The notes beneath the pieces were generated by a model. That model was not told the origin of the DNA. It searched no databases and saw only the letters and a list, made by a program, of their open reading frames with translations. The translations under genes and the position numbers were made by a program. A DNA stretch of 64,000 nucleotides, from contig NC_043004.1 of NCBI RefSeq assembly GCF_006345805.1, positions 85,436,001-85,500,000 of the forward strand. Direction: 5' to 3'. Each line of letters starts with the position of its first letter. Position 1 is the stretch's first letter. The stretch comes from Octopus sinensis. Lineage: Eukaryota. Shown piece by piece: positions 39,200 through 53,437 of this stretch.

Positions 39200-40170
39200 T
39201 AGTTGACACGCCTGACAGAACGCTGAGCAGCATTTCATCCGTCTTTGCGTTCGGAGTTCAAATGTCACCAGGGTCGCTTTTACTTTTTATCGTTCGGAGT
39301 TGCTTAATAAGTATTTGGTTATTTCTTTCTCCGAACTTGTTGGACAAGTCAGGATTCTTCAGAGGCAGCCGTCCATTAGTGACATAACCGACTATCCCTG
39401 TCAATGTTATATAGAAATTCAATGTCGATTCAGACACTAATGTCTGGATATAAAGATTGCCGCTCGGTATAAACGTTACGCCCGTCATCAGTAATTACGG
39501 GTTATTTGTGATAACAGTGCTTGAGTTTACATGAAATTCTGCATATGTCTGATAGGAAGATTCAGTCATTATGCTGCTACCGGATATCAGAATCTTGGGA
39601 GCTTACGTATTGTGAGATCATGTAATGTGGCAGTTCTATCAACGACATAAATATGAGTGCTCTTATGCACCACAAGTCAACATCAGAGGTCTTTGCTAGG
39701 TACATAACACATTGTTTTATATTCCATCCACACATCCCAAAGTTCGATATACAGATATAGGCGCAAGAGTGGCTGTGTGGTAAGTAGCTTGCATACCAAC
39801 AACATGGTTCCGGGTTCTTTAAGAACCTTGAAAGGATGAAATATAAAGTTGATCCCAGGGGAATTTGAACTAGGAACATTAGGTTGGACTAATTGACACC
39901 AAACAATTTCCCGGCATGCTAACGATTCCACCAGCTCGCCACCTTCTATAGTGTTATAAATACTAGTTTTAAACTTTGCCACAAGGCCACCAGATCGGAG
40001 ATAAGTAGATTGTAACGAGCCCTGTGATGAACTAGTACTTACTTCAGCGACTCCGACAGGATGAAAAACAAAGTTGACTTCCGCAGAATTTGAACTCTGA
40101 ACGCAAAGGCGGACGAAATGTCACATATCATTTTCCCCGGCGTGCTAATGGTTCTGCCAGCTCATTGCCA
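39200..40170. mobile_element. Cluster of CORE-like and family-A SINE fragments (~39200-39330, 39755-39810, 39820-39950, 40030-40170)
   Basis: Partial matches to the SINE motifs above in both orientations. Confidence 0.6.
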
Positions 40171-40599
40171 TCTTTAAATTGGTCATTATTAGCGTGCAGA
40201 ATAATAAATAATAAAAACCTCGTCTATCATATTTTTACAGCATTTGTGTTTTTCTCTTGCAACTGTCCAAGTTGTTTTTGATCCATTATTCTACATATTA
40301 TTAATGACATTAACGTATGTTTGAGGTCACATTGGGTTTCGAAGTTTAAAATTTAATATTTCCATTTCGAATGCTTTAGTACTCTATGAATTTACATTTT
40401 CCGTTATATAATTTTGTGTGACACGGACAGATTTTCGGATATAAAACTGAATTGCTTTGTTTGTAGACAAATGAAAAAAGGTTTTCTCTCATGTTCAGAA
40501 AGATGTCTAGCATTGTTAATATTTTAAGTTCTCCAGTTGCACACAAAAATACAGTTAGTACGAGGACACATATAGCAGTACACGTGTCCATGCATATAC

Positions 40600-40983
40600 A
40601 CGCGACTATATGTATATATATTTGTGTGTATGTGTGTGTGTCTCTCTCTCTCTCTGTCTATGTGTGTGTGTGTGTGTGTGTGTATAAATATGTATATGTG
40701 TATACATACATATATATATATATTTGTGTTTATGTTCGTTGAGGTGTTTGATCATATTTCACACCTAACCGTACATCAATCAATATAGACACGCACACAC
40801 AGACATATTCTAACAAAACTATCTTCTTTTAGCTTCTAGTTTTTTTCCCTCGACTCCTTCAGTGTTTCTTTCTCTCTTTCTATCTCTCTATCTCGCTTTC
40901 TGTTTCTCACTCTCTCCCTCTTGCACTACACACATATCACTTATATACATGTATATATATATATATATGTGTATATATATATG

Positions 40984-41017
<34 letters not shown>

Positions 41018-41162
41018 TGCATGTATGTATGTATGTATGTATGTATGTATATGTATATATATTTATAGATAGAGAGACAGTGAGAAAGAGAACGTATGCG
41101 TTACAATATATATATGCATATATATAAACGGATGTACATACATTCATATATATATATATATA

Positions 41163-41213
<51 letters not shown>

Positions 41214-41214
41214 T

Positions 41215-41245
<31 letters not shown>

Positions 41246-41541
41246 GCTAGTGTGTATGTGCGTATTCGTGACATGAAGTGTAATAGAAAAGAAATATTTT
41301 TATTTTTTTGTGCATTATTCTCTATACGAAGAAATGGCTAAAAAGGCAAAAATAATTTGAAAGTAAATATAAACAGGCAGCTAAGTTTGTTTAAAAAACT
41401 TTATTTCACATTCAGAATCCATACACACAGAAACCATACAGAAAGCACCAGAAACCATGCACACGATCATCACACTACCTATAGCATACATGCTTACATA
41501 CATGCTTTTATATATGTATATATATATATATATATATATAA

Positions 41542-41591
<50 letters not shown>

Positions 41592-42110
41592 TACATATAT
41601 ATAGACAGATAGATAGATAGACAGATAGATAGATAGCTTGTAGACATATTTGTATTACGGAGTGGTTTATGTTCAGGGAGGCGTTATTCTACATATTTCT
41701 GTGTATGTCCAGAGGTGTGAAGATGACTGTTTACTTCGACACAAACGAAGCCTAAATTTAGTTATTGATTATACGTTGAGCAAATTACCTGCTAATTACA
41801 CTTGACACTTTCGCTTTAATGTTCCATGTAATTCTTGTAGAAAGAACAGAAATGTTTTATGGTTGATCATTAGGCCGTCATAATAACAGAGATATATTGT
41901 TTACTAGAGAGATCATCTACAGAAACCAAATCCAATTTTCTGCTATTCCCTGTAGACGCTTGCTTTACAGTATTGCAACTATGTCGAGTTAACGCCATGA
42001 TATTTCTATTATATTATTCATGTTGCAGTTTTATCCTTATATAAATAAACATATATAATAGAATCCTAACCATATATATATATAGTACATATATATGCAT
42101 ATAACATATG

Positions 42111-42170
<60 letters not shown>

Positions 42171-42371
42171 ACGTATTCATATACATTATATATTATACAT
42201 ATATACGACAGGCTTCTTTCTTTCAGTTTCCGTCTACCAAATCCACTCACAAGGCATTGGTCGGCCCGGAGCTATAGCAGAAAACACTTGCCCAAATGCA
42301 ACGCAGTGGGATTGAACCCAGAACCATGTGGTTGGTTAGCAAGCTACTTACCACACAGCCACTCCTGCGCC

Positions 42372-42412
<41 letters not shown>

Positions 42413-42669
42413 TATATGTATATATACATATATGCATATATATATAAATATATATACATCTCTATATATATATATGTGATATATATAATGTATATATGTA
42501 TGTATGTAATGTATTTATGCATGTATATATGTATGTATATATAGGTATCTGCGTGTGCAGGAATGTATATTCGTTTGTAGGTATGACTATGCGTATATAT
42601 ATATTTAACTGTGTATACAAATGTATGTTCGCGTATATATATATATACAACATACATACACACACACAC

Positions 42670-42720
<51 letters not shown>
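40600..42720. repeat. Dense cluster of (TA)n, (TATG)n, (TG)n and (TAGA)n microsatellites with short unique spacers
   Basis: Directly visible. Confidence 0.85.
42205..42372 (-). mobile_element. SINE family A embedded in (TA)n
   Basis: tttcagtttccgtctaccaaatccactcacaagg..acttgcccaa..gaaccatgtggttgg..ccacacagccactcctgcgcc. Confidence 0.85.
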
Positions 42721-42729
<9 letters not shown>

Positions 42730-43704
42730 TCTATGTATGTGTGCTGTGTGTGTGATTATGCCTTACCCAACAAGTAATATGTCTTCGGTTCAGGACTTCT
42801 AAAGTTATATTCCTATGTATTTCCAGACAGAATATATTGCTGTATGCACGCCACATGAGCGAGATGTCAGCTGCCAATAAAAATTGCAAAATCTCATATT
42901 TAATTGACGGCTATTCACAGAAACCTTAATGCAGACGCGTGAAAACATTCATGCGTGTGAACGTATGTACAAAAAGATGTATAGGAATATATATATATAT
43001 CATTCAACTATGGTCTTAGCTGAATAATATTCTTAAGGCCGCAATTTACTCCCACGCAGCAGGTTTCAGCGTTTGTCGCCAATTCGTTCTTAACCAAATT
43101 TAATACTGTTTACAGTTTTGAAAAGGACTGTTCCCTAGATACATCTGGGCATAAAAAATGAGATTTTGTCCAGTTGAAAGAAAGTTGCATCAAAATTAAT
43201 AGCAACATTATAGAAGGTTAAATGACGCCACCAATGAAATTTAGATCTAAGTAACTTTTATTATTTTAAAAGTAAAATAGCTTAGAATAAAGTATGAAGA
43301 ATTTCTTAGTTTGGGCCTCATGCAACACGAATTTGTTTCAAACATTTTGGGGGCAAAATATTATGAGAAAAAAATATAAGACAAATAATTGGATTTAAGC
43401 ATAAATATTTTTTTTTTATTTTAAAAACAATCTATAATTTAATTGAGCTTAAATGAAAGAGCTAATTCGAGGTTTTTCTTGATATCAATCTCATGCAATG
43501 AAGTTTGGAAAAGAATGTTATGAGTGGCTGTTTCACAAATTTGAGGGTGATAATATAGTTCCGTACATTCTTATGAAAATAGTTCTATAAGGGACTTTTA
43601 ATATATGTCACCGGCATCAAAGAGACCTCTAATTAACACATTTGACACATCTTCTATTATATATATACTATTATGGAGAAAGCTGGTTATGAATTAGGTA
43701 TGTA

Positions 43705-44071
43705 GGAGCACTCCGTCGGTTGCGACGATGAGGGTCCCAGCTGATACGATCAACGGAAAAGCTTGCTCGTGATATTAACGTGCAAGTGACTGAGCACTCC
43801 ACAGACACGTGTACCCTTAACATAGTTCTCAGGGAGATTCAGCGTGACACACAGAATGTGACAAGGCTGGCCCTTTGAAATACAGGTACAAGAGAAACAG
43901 GAAAAAAGAGCGAGAGAATGTCGTGGTGAAAGAGTACAGCAGGTTTCACCACCAATCCTGCCGGAGCCTCGTGGCGCTTTAGGTGTTTTCGCTCAATAAA
44001 CACTCACAATGCCCGGTCTGGGAATCGAAACCGCGAGTCCGCTGCCCTAACCACTGGGCCATTGCGCCTCC
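43705..44071 (-). mobile_element. tRNA-derived SINE family B, near full length
   Basis: Minus-strand head ggaggcgcaatggcccagtggttagggcagcggactcgcgg..tttcgattccc; tail ..gcaaccgacggagtgctcc. Confidence 0.9.
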
Positions 44072-44927
44072 ACGTATTAGGCATGTAACAGTTACTAAAA
44101 GTACTAAAAGGAAGTAGTTATTAAAGGGTTGACTGTCTGGAAATATCTTTATAAACCCAAGTTCTAAGAAACTTCCTATAATTTCGATTTCTCAAGTTTA
44201 TTGAATTCTTTTATCTGGAATTTCTTGCAGATTTAAATATTCATTGCATTCACTGCGTCCAGTTCTTCACAAATTTCAATATTCATTGAATTCCCTGTGG
44301 ATATTTCATTTTTACTTGCAAATTCTCAATTTTAATTTAAATTTTTTTTTCATTTCAAGTTTTGATTCGCTATTTGGAAAACCGACAGTATATTCTATTA
44401 ATGTATACATAATGTAGAAATATTATTTATTGAATGAAAATATTTTAAAATACCCGTATATATTTTGTAAAAATTTTAAAAGTGATTTTGTTGTTATGAC
44501 TGTTTGGTACGTTATAAGCCTTACAATAACAACTATCCGGGCCGATTTCGGCCATTTTCCTTTTTAATTTAAAAGCCATAGATGGACACTTTTCCCTAGA
44601 AAAATAAAACACAAACAAAACAAATTGTAAATATATTCAGAAGAAAAGGTACACAATTCAAGGAAGATTTTCGCTGTTGTTTCTAGCACAAACTAAACCA
44701 CCCTCCCTTTTCACTCTCACATGCATTGATGTTTTTTACTCTCATTAAACACTTTTTTATGGCATGATGAGGCTGAGGTAACACAAGGGTAGTCCATGGT
44801 GGAAGAAAAAATAAATTGCAATCTAAATTTTTACCCCCTCTCCCACTCACTTCGACACTGCAACCTGTTCACTGACAAAACCTTACGGACTACAATGTGA
44901 GGAGATAGTCAGTCACATGCAGCTTAA

Positions 44928-45148
44928 TCCTTTCGTTACCAGCCCGGCTGAAACTGGCTCTGGCTCTGTAGTACAAATGTCTTGTTTTCATAAGTTCTGT
45001 ATTAATATCTTCCACCAAACCTTAGTCACAATTTATGTGCATAACACTAGCTTAATTATAACTAAGTTATCTTACTAAATTCTTTGTTATATTTAAAGTA
45101 ATTGAAAGACACAGAAAGCATCTGAAAATAAATACAGTAACAAAAAGG
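44928..45148. mobile_element. piggyBac-type MITE
   Basis: TTAA at 44924-44927 and 45149-45152; TIRs tcctttcgttac and gtaacaaaaagg. Confidence 0.75.
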
Positions 45149-45535
45149 TTAAGTATAATTTTCTTTTCTTGGGAAACTACAATGGGCGATTTCAAAGAAT
45201 CATAAATACACACACAGACATACGTGTGTATATATGTGTGTGTTACGTTACACAAGGCGTAGTATTTCTGGCAGGCTACAGTACATTTTCAGCTACCGAC
45301 TACATATACATAAAAGCTCCTGTACTTATTGTTCTCTGCTACACTATTATTCTCATCTTCCAGAGTATTCCCATGGGATGGTTATATATGCAGAACTCCT
45401 TACAACTTAGGATAAATATAGTAATAACGTAAAAAAGTATTGTGGATGGAATCTTTATACGTTATTAACAAGGTATAACATTTCCTTCCAGAAGTCATTT
45501 TTGTTATTACTATATAAATAATGTGTGTGATTGTA

Positions 45536-45593
<58 letters not shown>

Positions 45594-45705
45594 AATAAAG
45601 CACACATACACACACACACATTTGTGTGTTGTATATATAAATAAATATGCACACATGCACACACACATTTGTGTGTTGTATATATATATATATATATGTA
45701 TACAC

Positions 45706-45763
<58 letters not shown>

Positions 45764-46451
45764 TGCACACATACACACACACATTTGTGTGTTGTATATA
45801 TATATATATATATATATATATACGTGTGTGTATGTATACTTCTATTTTCGTTTTGCGATGTGTATAGTTCTATTTTCGTTTGTGTGTGTATACTTCTATT
45901 TTCGTTTCTCCTGATGTTTTCATTGTCTCACTTCATCTTCTCTAAATCTCTTCCAAGAATTTTATTAAAATATCAATATATTACGAAACTAAATAAAAGT
46001 GTTGTGTTTATGTCTAAAATTTAAAATATATTGAATTCTTTAGATATATCTATTTTCAGTAATCTCAGATTTCACGAATTTTACTGTAGTTCATATAACA
46101 TAAATATTTTGTTATGTTTTTCAGATATGGCTGATAAATTTTTGTATATAAGAATCTAACTTCGCAAACGAGGGCGAGCGTGAGTAGTGTTAACTAAGAT
46201 AAAAATAAAACACTTGTGAATATATGATTAGATGGCTTTGGATTAATCAATATTTGTCATCGGTCCGATTAACCAAGAGAGAATGTGATTTCAAAAGCGA
46301 CCTGTTTCATGGATTTCTGTGTATTCCAAACTGGATCTAATTTCAAAGTAACACGGGAAGACAAAAGAAAAGCATGAAATGCTGAAATTGAGACACACGC
46401 TATCGCTTTATCTATTTGTGACATTTTGCATAATGGTGTAAGCATTTATGT

Positions 46452-46745
46452 GGAGGTGCAATGGCCCAGTGGTTAGGGCAGTGGACTCGCGGTCGGAGGA
46501 TCACGGTTTCAATTCCCAGACCGGGCGTTGTGTGTGTTTATAGAGCGAAATCACCTAAAAGCTCCACGAGGCTCCGGCAGGGGGGTGTTGGTAACCCCTG
46601 TTGTACTCCTTCGCCTCAATCTTTCTTTCTGTTTCTTGGGTAACGCTGCGATGAACCGTCCAGCTGGGGGGAAAACATACACCACAGAAACCGGGAAACC
46701 GGGGGCCCATGAGCCTGGTTAGGCTTGAAAAGGGCGACGTTTATC
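46452..46745 (+). mobile_element. SINE family B head and body with a different 3' module
   Basis: Matches family B up to ctgtttct, then continues gggtaacgctgcgatg..gaaaccgggaaaccggg.. Confidence 0.8.
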
Positions 46746-47034
46746 GTTTTATCGTAAGCATTTATATAATGGAAATCAACATTCCATAAATTCCGTTTTC
46801 TAAACATTGTGTTCGAGCCAAAAATAATTTGTGTTGTAGCCCAGCGTGATTCATTAACATTTTCCTCTTCTGCTAAACGATTATATTTGGCAATTGATAT
46901 GCATAGCCTGTTGCTTTCGCATTTTCCGTTTCACGTGATTTGGATGTTTTACTTCTTTAACTACCAAACGTATTTGGAGAAGAACGTTGTTGTTCCCTCT
47001 TTTGTCTTTATTTCTGAAGTTGATAATTCAAAAC

Positions 47035-47290
47035 AAAGCTAAAGGACTCTTCGGTCATGAATGACCATGGAGTTGCATCTTGAAATCTCCCTTCTGAATG
47101 CTCATACATATATTAGCATTGCGTCTTTCCTTTTCGGATTGTTAAATATATGCTGCACCCTAATATTTATTACAACATATCTTTGAAAGAAAAGGATCAC
47201 CTTCGGCCATGAATGACAGTGGGATTGCATCTAGAAAGTGCCCCTCCGAATCACAAGTCCCGACAGGTTTTAAAAAGAAGGGCGTCAAGG
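47035..47290 (-). mobile_element. Two SINE family C 3'-tail fragments
   Basis: cttcggtcatgaatgac..gggattgcatctag is the reverse complement of the 59550-59585 tail. Confidence 0.55.
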
Positions 47291-48318
47291 CAGAACTCAA
47301 GCATGACCACATATCAGTAATTAAAACACATCTGTATATCTCGTCATGCGCATTTACTAGTTTAGATTTTACCTGAGTATCCAAAACAATATTGCTCTTA
47401 TCTTCTACGAGCTATAATAGAACTGATAAAATTGCAGAAAATATATATTCCAGCTGCCATACTATAAAGGGGGAAATTTTCGATTTTGTACTTATTCGAC
47501 GGGGTGGGGGTGCAATGAAACGTAATCGTTGTAAACCAAATTTATCAACTTTTCCATATGTGTCATACACAATGTAGTTGCCTCGTCGACTCCTTCGACT
47601 CATAAGCTCGGTTATTCGGTGTCTGTGTCATATAAGTAATCGGGATCATAACATTCTCCCGATGCAGCCTTAATATTTTACAACTAAGTGGACGAGAGCA
47701 ACGTAAAGTGAAGAACTTTGCTAAAAGCCAACGTAAAACACCGTTAAGTATCTTCGAAATCCTGGGGGCAAAACCTTAAACAATAAGTCACCTGTCTTCT
47801 CTTTATAAGCCTTAGGGAATCGTTATACCTTTGCCCATAAGTTATTTTCAAAGTATAAACACTCTTTCAAGTAAATAATTTAGTGATGGATAAAAAAAAG
47901 ATAAATTTTACACCCAGTGTTTTAAATATTAATCCGCAGAATCTATGAAAATAGGAGATAGGATACAACACGAAATCTAATAAATTTACAATCACATTTA
48001 ATGGGTATTTTGCTAAAACAATAAGTGGCATTACAATATTTTTTTTGTATAATGGTAAATTTATGGCTTGAAAAACTTCACACCATAATCGCGTCTGAAA
48101 TCTAAAATGTTTTTACTTAGGAAGTATATATTATTCAGTTCGTGTTCTCACAGTTTTAAGTTGGTTTATTGTCGCTCGCCTACACACATGTACACACACA
48201 CGCACGCACACACACATACACACATATACACACGTACACACACAAGCGAACATACACACGCACACATGTCTGAAATTCTATATACGAATGTATTTCTTTA
48301 TATCTGTATACCCACACA

Positions 48319-48369
<51 letters not shown>

Positions 48370-48376
48370 TATATAT

Positions 48377-48416
<40 letters not shown>

Positions 48417-49989
48417 CCGGAGTCTGCTTATAAAAATATTTATGTGCGCTCTTCATAAATTATGGGTGCAAAGGGTGTTTTTTATTTGAAGCTGGCGAGT
48501 ACAAAAGTTCAGAGTGTTTCATTTTATAGTGGTGCTTATTAAAATTCCTTGGTCGATGTTTCTACCAATTAATGAGTACCTGTTTAAGTGATTTCTTAAA
48601 TACTCATATACAAACAAATCAAATCAAAATTTGAAGGATGTCGCCTAATGAAAATTATATCAGAAATACGCGTTTACTAAAAGTTTTCAACAAATTACAA
48701 TGAAGTCCTGCCTTTAAGAAAAACCATGGATGCGGGCAATCGATTTTACTAGGGAAATATAACGGTAAGGCACAATAAAGGGCATTGATGCAATGGGAGT
48801 GAACAGGAAGACATGTGGCTGCCAGCCGGCCTTCTTGAACGACGCAGCCATATCTGAGACTAAAATATTGAAAGCCGCTCATGAGACGCGAATCCACCTC
48901 TCTTAAATTCACAGAGGTGTTTTCGCCATTACACCAAAGCAATATATATCAATAAATGATTGTTGTGTGGATTGTTTGGCCGTCAGTTTCATTGACCCCG
49001 GTTAATTACGGGTATTTATAGGATGAAAAGATATCGTTGATGTTGTCGGGTGTCGTCAACTCATATTTGTGGGACACAACTAAGTAGAGCAATGTATTTA
49101 CTTCCTAAAGATCGACTGGATAATATAAATAGTTCCACGATAGTCCCCTTTCGTTCTATAATACCAGGATTTTCTGTCGATCAATCGAAATTCTTCCTTT
49201 TCCTTTGTTGTTTGATTTTTGGTTCTACCTACAATGAAATAAAGAAATAAAGAGAATTTATGCGAAAAATTTTGGAAGATTGTGAAGGAATCGGAACATC
49301 GTAGGAAATTCCATAAACTTCAAATTTGCAACGAAGAAAAATGAGTGTCTGAGTGATAAGTACCAGCACATTCTTTGGAAGAAAATAACGCTAAACATAT
49401 TTCCTTTCTCCCATTAAGAGGCAAGGAAGAGAGGTACCGGAAAACGTTTTTCAAGATGACAGTGGAAATACAGCAGCCGATGACCTGGCTATTGTATGCA
49501 TTTATCACCAAATATATCTCGTATACAAATACACAAACCAAACTGTCTTCTTATTCAAGGTAAAAATAATTATCTTAGAAGAAAAAGAAAAAAAAAACCA
49601 GACCGCAGATCGATATTGTGAAAAAACAAAATTCGCAGACAGAGGAAAAACGAGTTAATAATGTCACTCATAGACATTTAAAAAAAGAACAGAACAAACA
49701 TCATCCGATGAAAATGATTGAGTAGCCAGGAAAACCAAGGTTGTAGAGAACACAAACAAAAAAGCAACTCTAAAGTTTTCTTAGAATATTCGAAATAAAC
49801 GGTTTTCTTTCACAACGATAAAAATAAAGGTAATAACTTCACTTACAATTGAATCTCACATAGTAAACGAAATGCTAGATTAGCAGTTCTCCATTTTTCC
49901 TATTATAAACAGGAATACACGATATAACAGCCATATTATACATTTATACACACGTCCTTACATGTATATCTATCTTTGCGTTCTATTAG

Positions 49990-50205
49990 AAGCAAGCCAC
50001 TGGTCAGTCTTTCTTTATCCAAATCTATCTGGTGGCCTTCTCTGCAGCTTCGGAGATGTAACTTCAGGCCCTCTCATTTCTTGTGTTAGTAACCTATGCC
50101 CAGCCAGTTCTTTGCACTGACAAGAAACAAAAACAAAAATACTCCACAACACGCCAGCAGCGAAAACCCTGCCAGCCTTTGTATCTGCACTGCTCTACCA
50201 TTCCC
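49990..50205 (-). mobile_element. 3' fragment of a Hero/NeSL-like RLE LINE
   Basis: Minus strand [27 protein letters not shown] resembles the Hero-type C-terminus as I recall it. Confidence 0.55.
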
Positions 50206-51228
50206 TGGTATTTGTTGGGCAATCTGAGGCTGGTCTTAGCCAGTGGAAAGTTGCCGAAAATCTACAAATTCCTCTTGCTACTGTTAATAGAATTATAGTG
50301 CAATTCAAAAGCCAAGGAAAAGAATCAACAGATTCTCGTCCCGACCGACGTGGAGCCTCGGAAATAAAGCTTCGCTGTTCGAATAGAACCGTGAAAAACG
50401 AACCCCGTTCGAAGGCTTCTGACATTGAAAACAGCTAGAAGTTAGTCCATGAACGTGTGTTACATATAGCCATGAGCTTGGTTATTATAGACGAGCAGCT
50501 AGAAGAAAACCTCTTCTTCAACCAATTAATATCATGACAAGTAAGAAATGGGCTAAGGAGATGCCAGAAAAATCCAGTTCATTTGAGAATAGAGTGATTT
50601 TCTCAGATTTGCATTATTTTCAGACAGTGGACATGTTTGGATCTGGAGGCTTTCTAATCAAGAATTTGATTTGAAACGACTCCAACCAACTCTGAAACAT
50701 GGCGGTATATATGTAATGGTATGGGGAGCTGTCATTAGCAATGGTCGTTCTGAGCTGATTGAATGCGTTGGAACAATAAACTCCGAAAAATACATTGAAA
50801 TACTTAAGCAAGGACTACTCCCGATGTGTTCACACGATAACATAACGAAAAAGAATCAACATTGGTTGACTGAAAGTGGGTCCAAAAAGCTCCCTTGCCC
50901 GAGCCAATCTCCTGACATGAACCGAATTGAAAATCTTTGGATCATAGTAAATAGAGCTATACGAAAAAAGTTGACAGAAACCTAAATCTGAAGATGGATT
51001 GTTTTGACTGTTGCGTGAAAAGAGGAAGTGGGCAGAAATTCCACAAGAGACAATCACAAAGATCGTCAGTTCAATGCCAGAAAGAGTTTCTGAATTAAAA
51101 ACTGCAAAGGGAATGTCAACAACATACTAAAGACTGTAGTCCTAACTATCGATTACATTTCAATTGTTCACTTTGCGTATTAACAAAAGGTTTTGAAAAA
51201 TTAAAGATCTCTATTTACTTCCTGCATA

Positions 51229-51232
<4 letters not shown>
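50205..51232 (+). mobile_element. Tc1 (DD34E-type) transposon, decayed, 5' end lost
   Basis: [31 protein letters not shown]; RLQPTLKHGGIYVMVWGAV; CPSQSPDMNRIENLW; SMPERV..AKGMSTTY*; ends CTG|TA. Confidence 0.88.
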
Positions 51233-51280
<48 letters not shown>

Positions 51281-52548
51281 CAAGGTAGTATCAAAATATT
51301 CCAAGAAAATTACAAAAAAAAAAATAATTAATTTATCTAGGTTTTAACATCATCTCCTTCAGAATTGTCAACTTGAGCAACAATACATCGGTCCCAGCGA
51401 TCCTGCCACTTTTGGTATCTTGCCTGGAATTCGTTTTCCGTAAGCGAGTCGAGGGTCTTGTGCGATTCGCTCTGGATCGCACTTTTTGCTTCCATTCCCT
51501 TTTGAGGAAGAGGTGGAAGTCAACATGTGCTAAACCTAATGAATCAGGTAGGTGCAAAAGCAATATTGCTCTTGGCGAGAAACTCACAAATGCGGAAAGC
51601 TCGGTGAAAGGGTGCATCGTCGTTGTGAAGAATCTAATTCTTTGCGCAACGCAGATCCAGTCCATTTCGCCGAATGTTCTCCATCAAACGCTTCAAAACT
51701 TTGCAGTATAACTTTCATTTGACAGTCTCATCCTGGAGATGAATTCTCAATGCTCAATTCCCTGGATTTCGAGAAAAGAATAAAAACGATGAGCATACTC
51801 TTGACTGGGCTGCGGATCTGTTGTGCCTTTTCTGTTGCCGAGATGTAAGGCTCTTCCATTGTTAAGACTGATGCTTTTCTCAGGATCACAACCGTAGACC
51901 CGACCTCGTCACAGCTCGTGATCCTCGACATGAAGGTTGGGTCATCAGCGGCACACTGGCAGAGATCTTGATTGATTTCGACGTGGTGTTCTTTTTCTTC
52001 AATGATCAGCAAACGATGGAAAGCGCAAACTTGGGATAAACACGCTGCATTTTCAAATCAGATGTTCGCATTACCTGCACGGTCCCATACGACAAACCAA
52101 CATCAGATATATCGTTGATTGTTCTAGAAGGAATCTTCTTGTGATGGATTTTTCTCCACATTTCCAAGATTACGCTCGTGCCAGGTCATGCAGATCTCTC
52201 ATCGTCTTCCAAGAATGTTCCTAATATTTGAAAGCGCCCATGCCATTCGAAACATAGTGTATGACCCATTGCCACGTCGTCGTAAGGTTACTGAATCATC
52301 GTCAATGAGTCAGTAGCTGACGTCCCAAGTTGACACGTTCACGCTCGCTCTTTGTTCCAACTGCATGTGCATGCCAATTATTGCGGGCTAGAGCATACAC
52401 GTGATAACTAAATCACAAATTTCACAACATACGTAGTAAGCACAGCGATGTCACTTGGCACACTGCCTCATAAATTTCTTTGCTTGTTTTCACTATGTAC
52501 GCATTCGTGTGCTATCATCTTTTAGCGCGCTACAGAACTAGTCCGGAA
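51281..52548 (-). mobile_element. Mariner transposon, decayed
   Basis: DDPTFMSRITSCDE, KSMLIVF, PDSLGLAHVDFHLF, CIVAQ.DNSEGD-like C-terminus; TIR caaggtagtatcaaaatattcc after TA; opposite TIR truncated. Confidence 0.85.
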
Positions 52549-53338
52549 AATAGTCCCACGACCACACACCTTCATGTGTGGCGAGTGGTGATGGGCATTG
52601 TACGTATATGTATAAAGACAGAGTGAGAAAGAAAGCGAAATTGTATTTACTAAATATCATACTGGATAGATGTTTAGATTCGCAATTTATTCAAAATCTC
52701 TCGAGAGGACAAAGAGTGGAAGGTATAAGCCTAATAGCCATTGTTAACAAATATGGATGTAAAAGGAGATAATTTGAGAAGCTAAGAATATATTCAGAGT
52801 TTCCTTATCTTTTCCATTCCTTTCTTTGCCTTCGGTCTCTCACTTTCTCTCTTTCTCTCTCACCCAATATTCCCTCCTTAGCCACTTATTCTTTACACGC
52901 TCGCACCCTCCCTCTCTCTGTCTCTCCCTTTCTTTCTCTCCTCCTCTCTCTCTCTCTCCATACATCTCTCCTCAATCTGATCGAAGCAGAGTCCCATCTG
53001 CATGTGATATTCTTCCGCTTATAGCTTTCATTCCAGCCTGGCATATTGGCAGACGTGTTCAGAAAGCTATCACGTATTTTTATATAATATTTTTTTTGCC
53101 ACTTTTATTCCTCTTATCTTCGCTTCTGTAAAGGCTACATTATGATCTGATTTTACCTTAGGCGTATTTTTCTTTATTTATACACTTATATATTTCTTTG
53201 CTTCATTATTGCTTTACATTCCTAGTCTTTCTTAGTCACATTTATTCGACAGTTCGACACCATTCACTTCTCTCCTTTTTTGCCTCATAGACATACTCGC
53301 ATTGCATTTGCGGTGTGCTTGTGTGTGTGTGGGGGGGG

Positions 53339-53374
<36 letters not shown>

Positions 53375-53387
53375 CTATACATATATA

Positions 53388-53437
<50 letters not shown>

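Noticed and set aside
40376-40591. ORF with a signal-peptide-like start (MDTCTAICVLVLTVFLCATG)
   Set aside because: It begins in microsatellite-adjacent sequence; no motif, homolog or promoter evidence.
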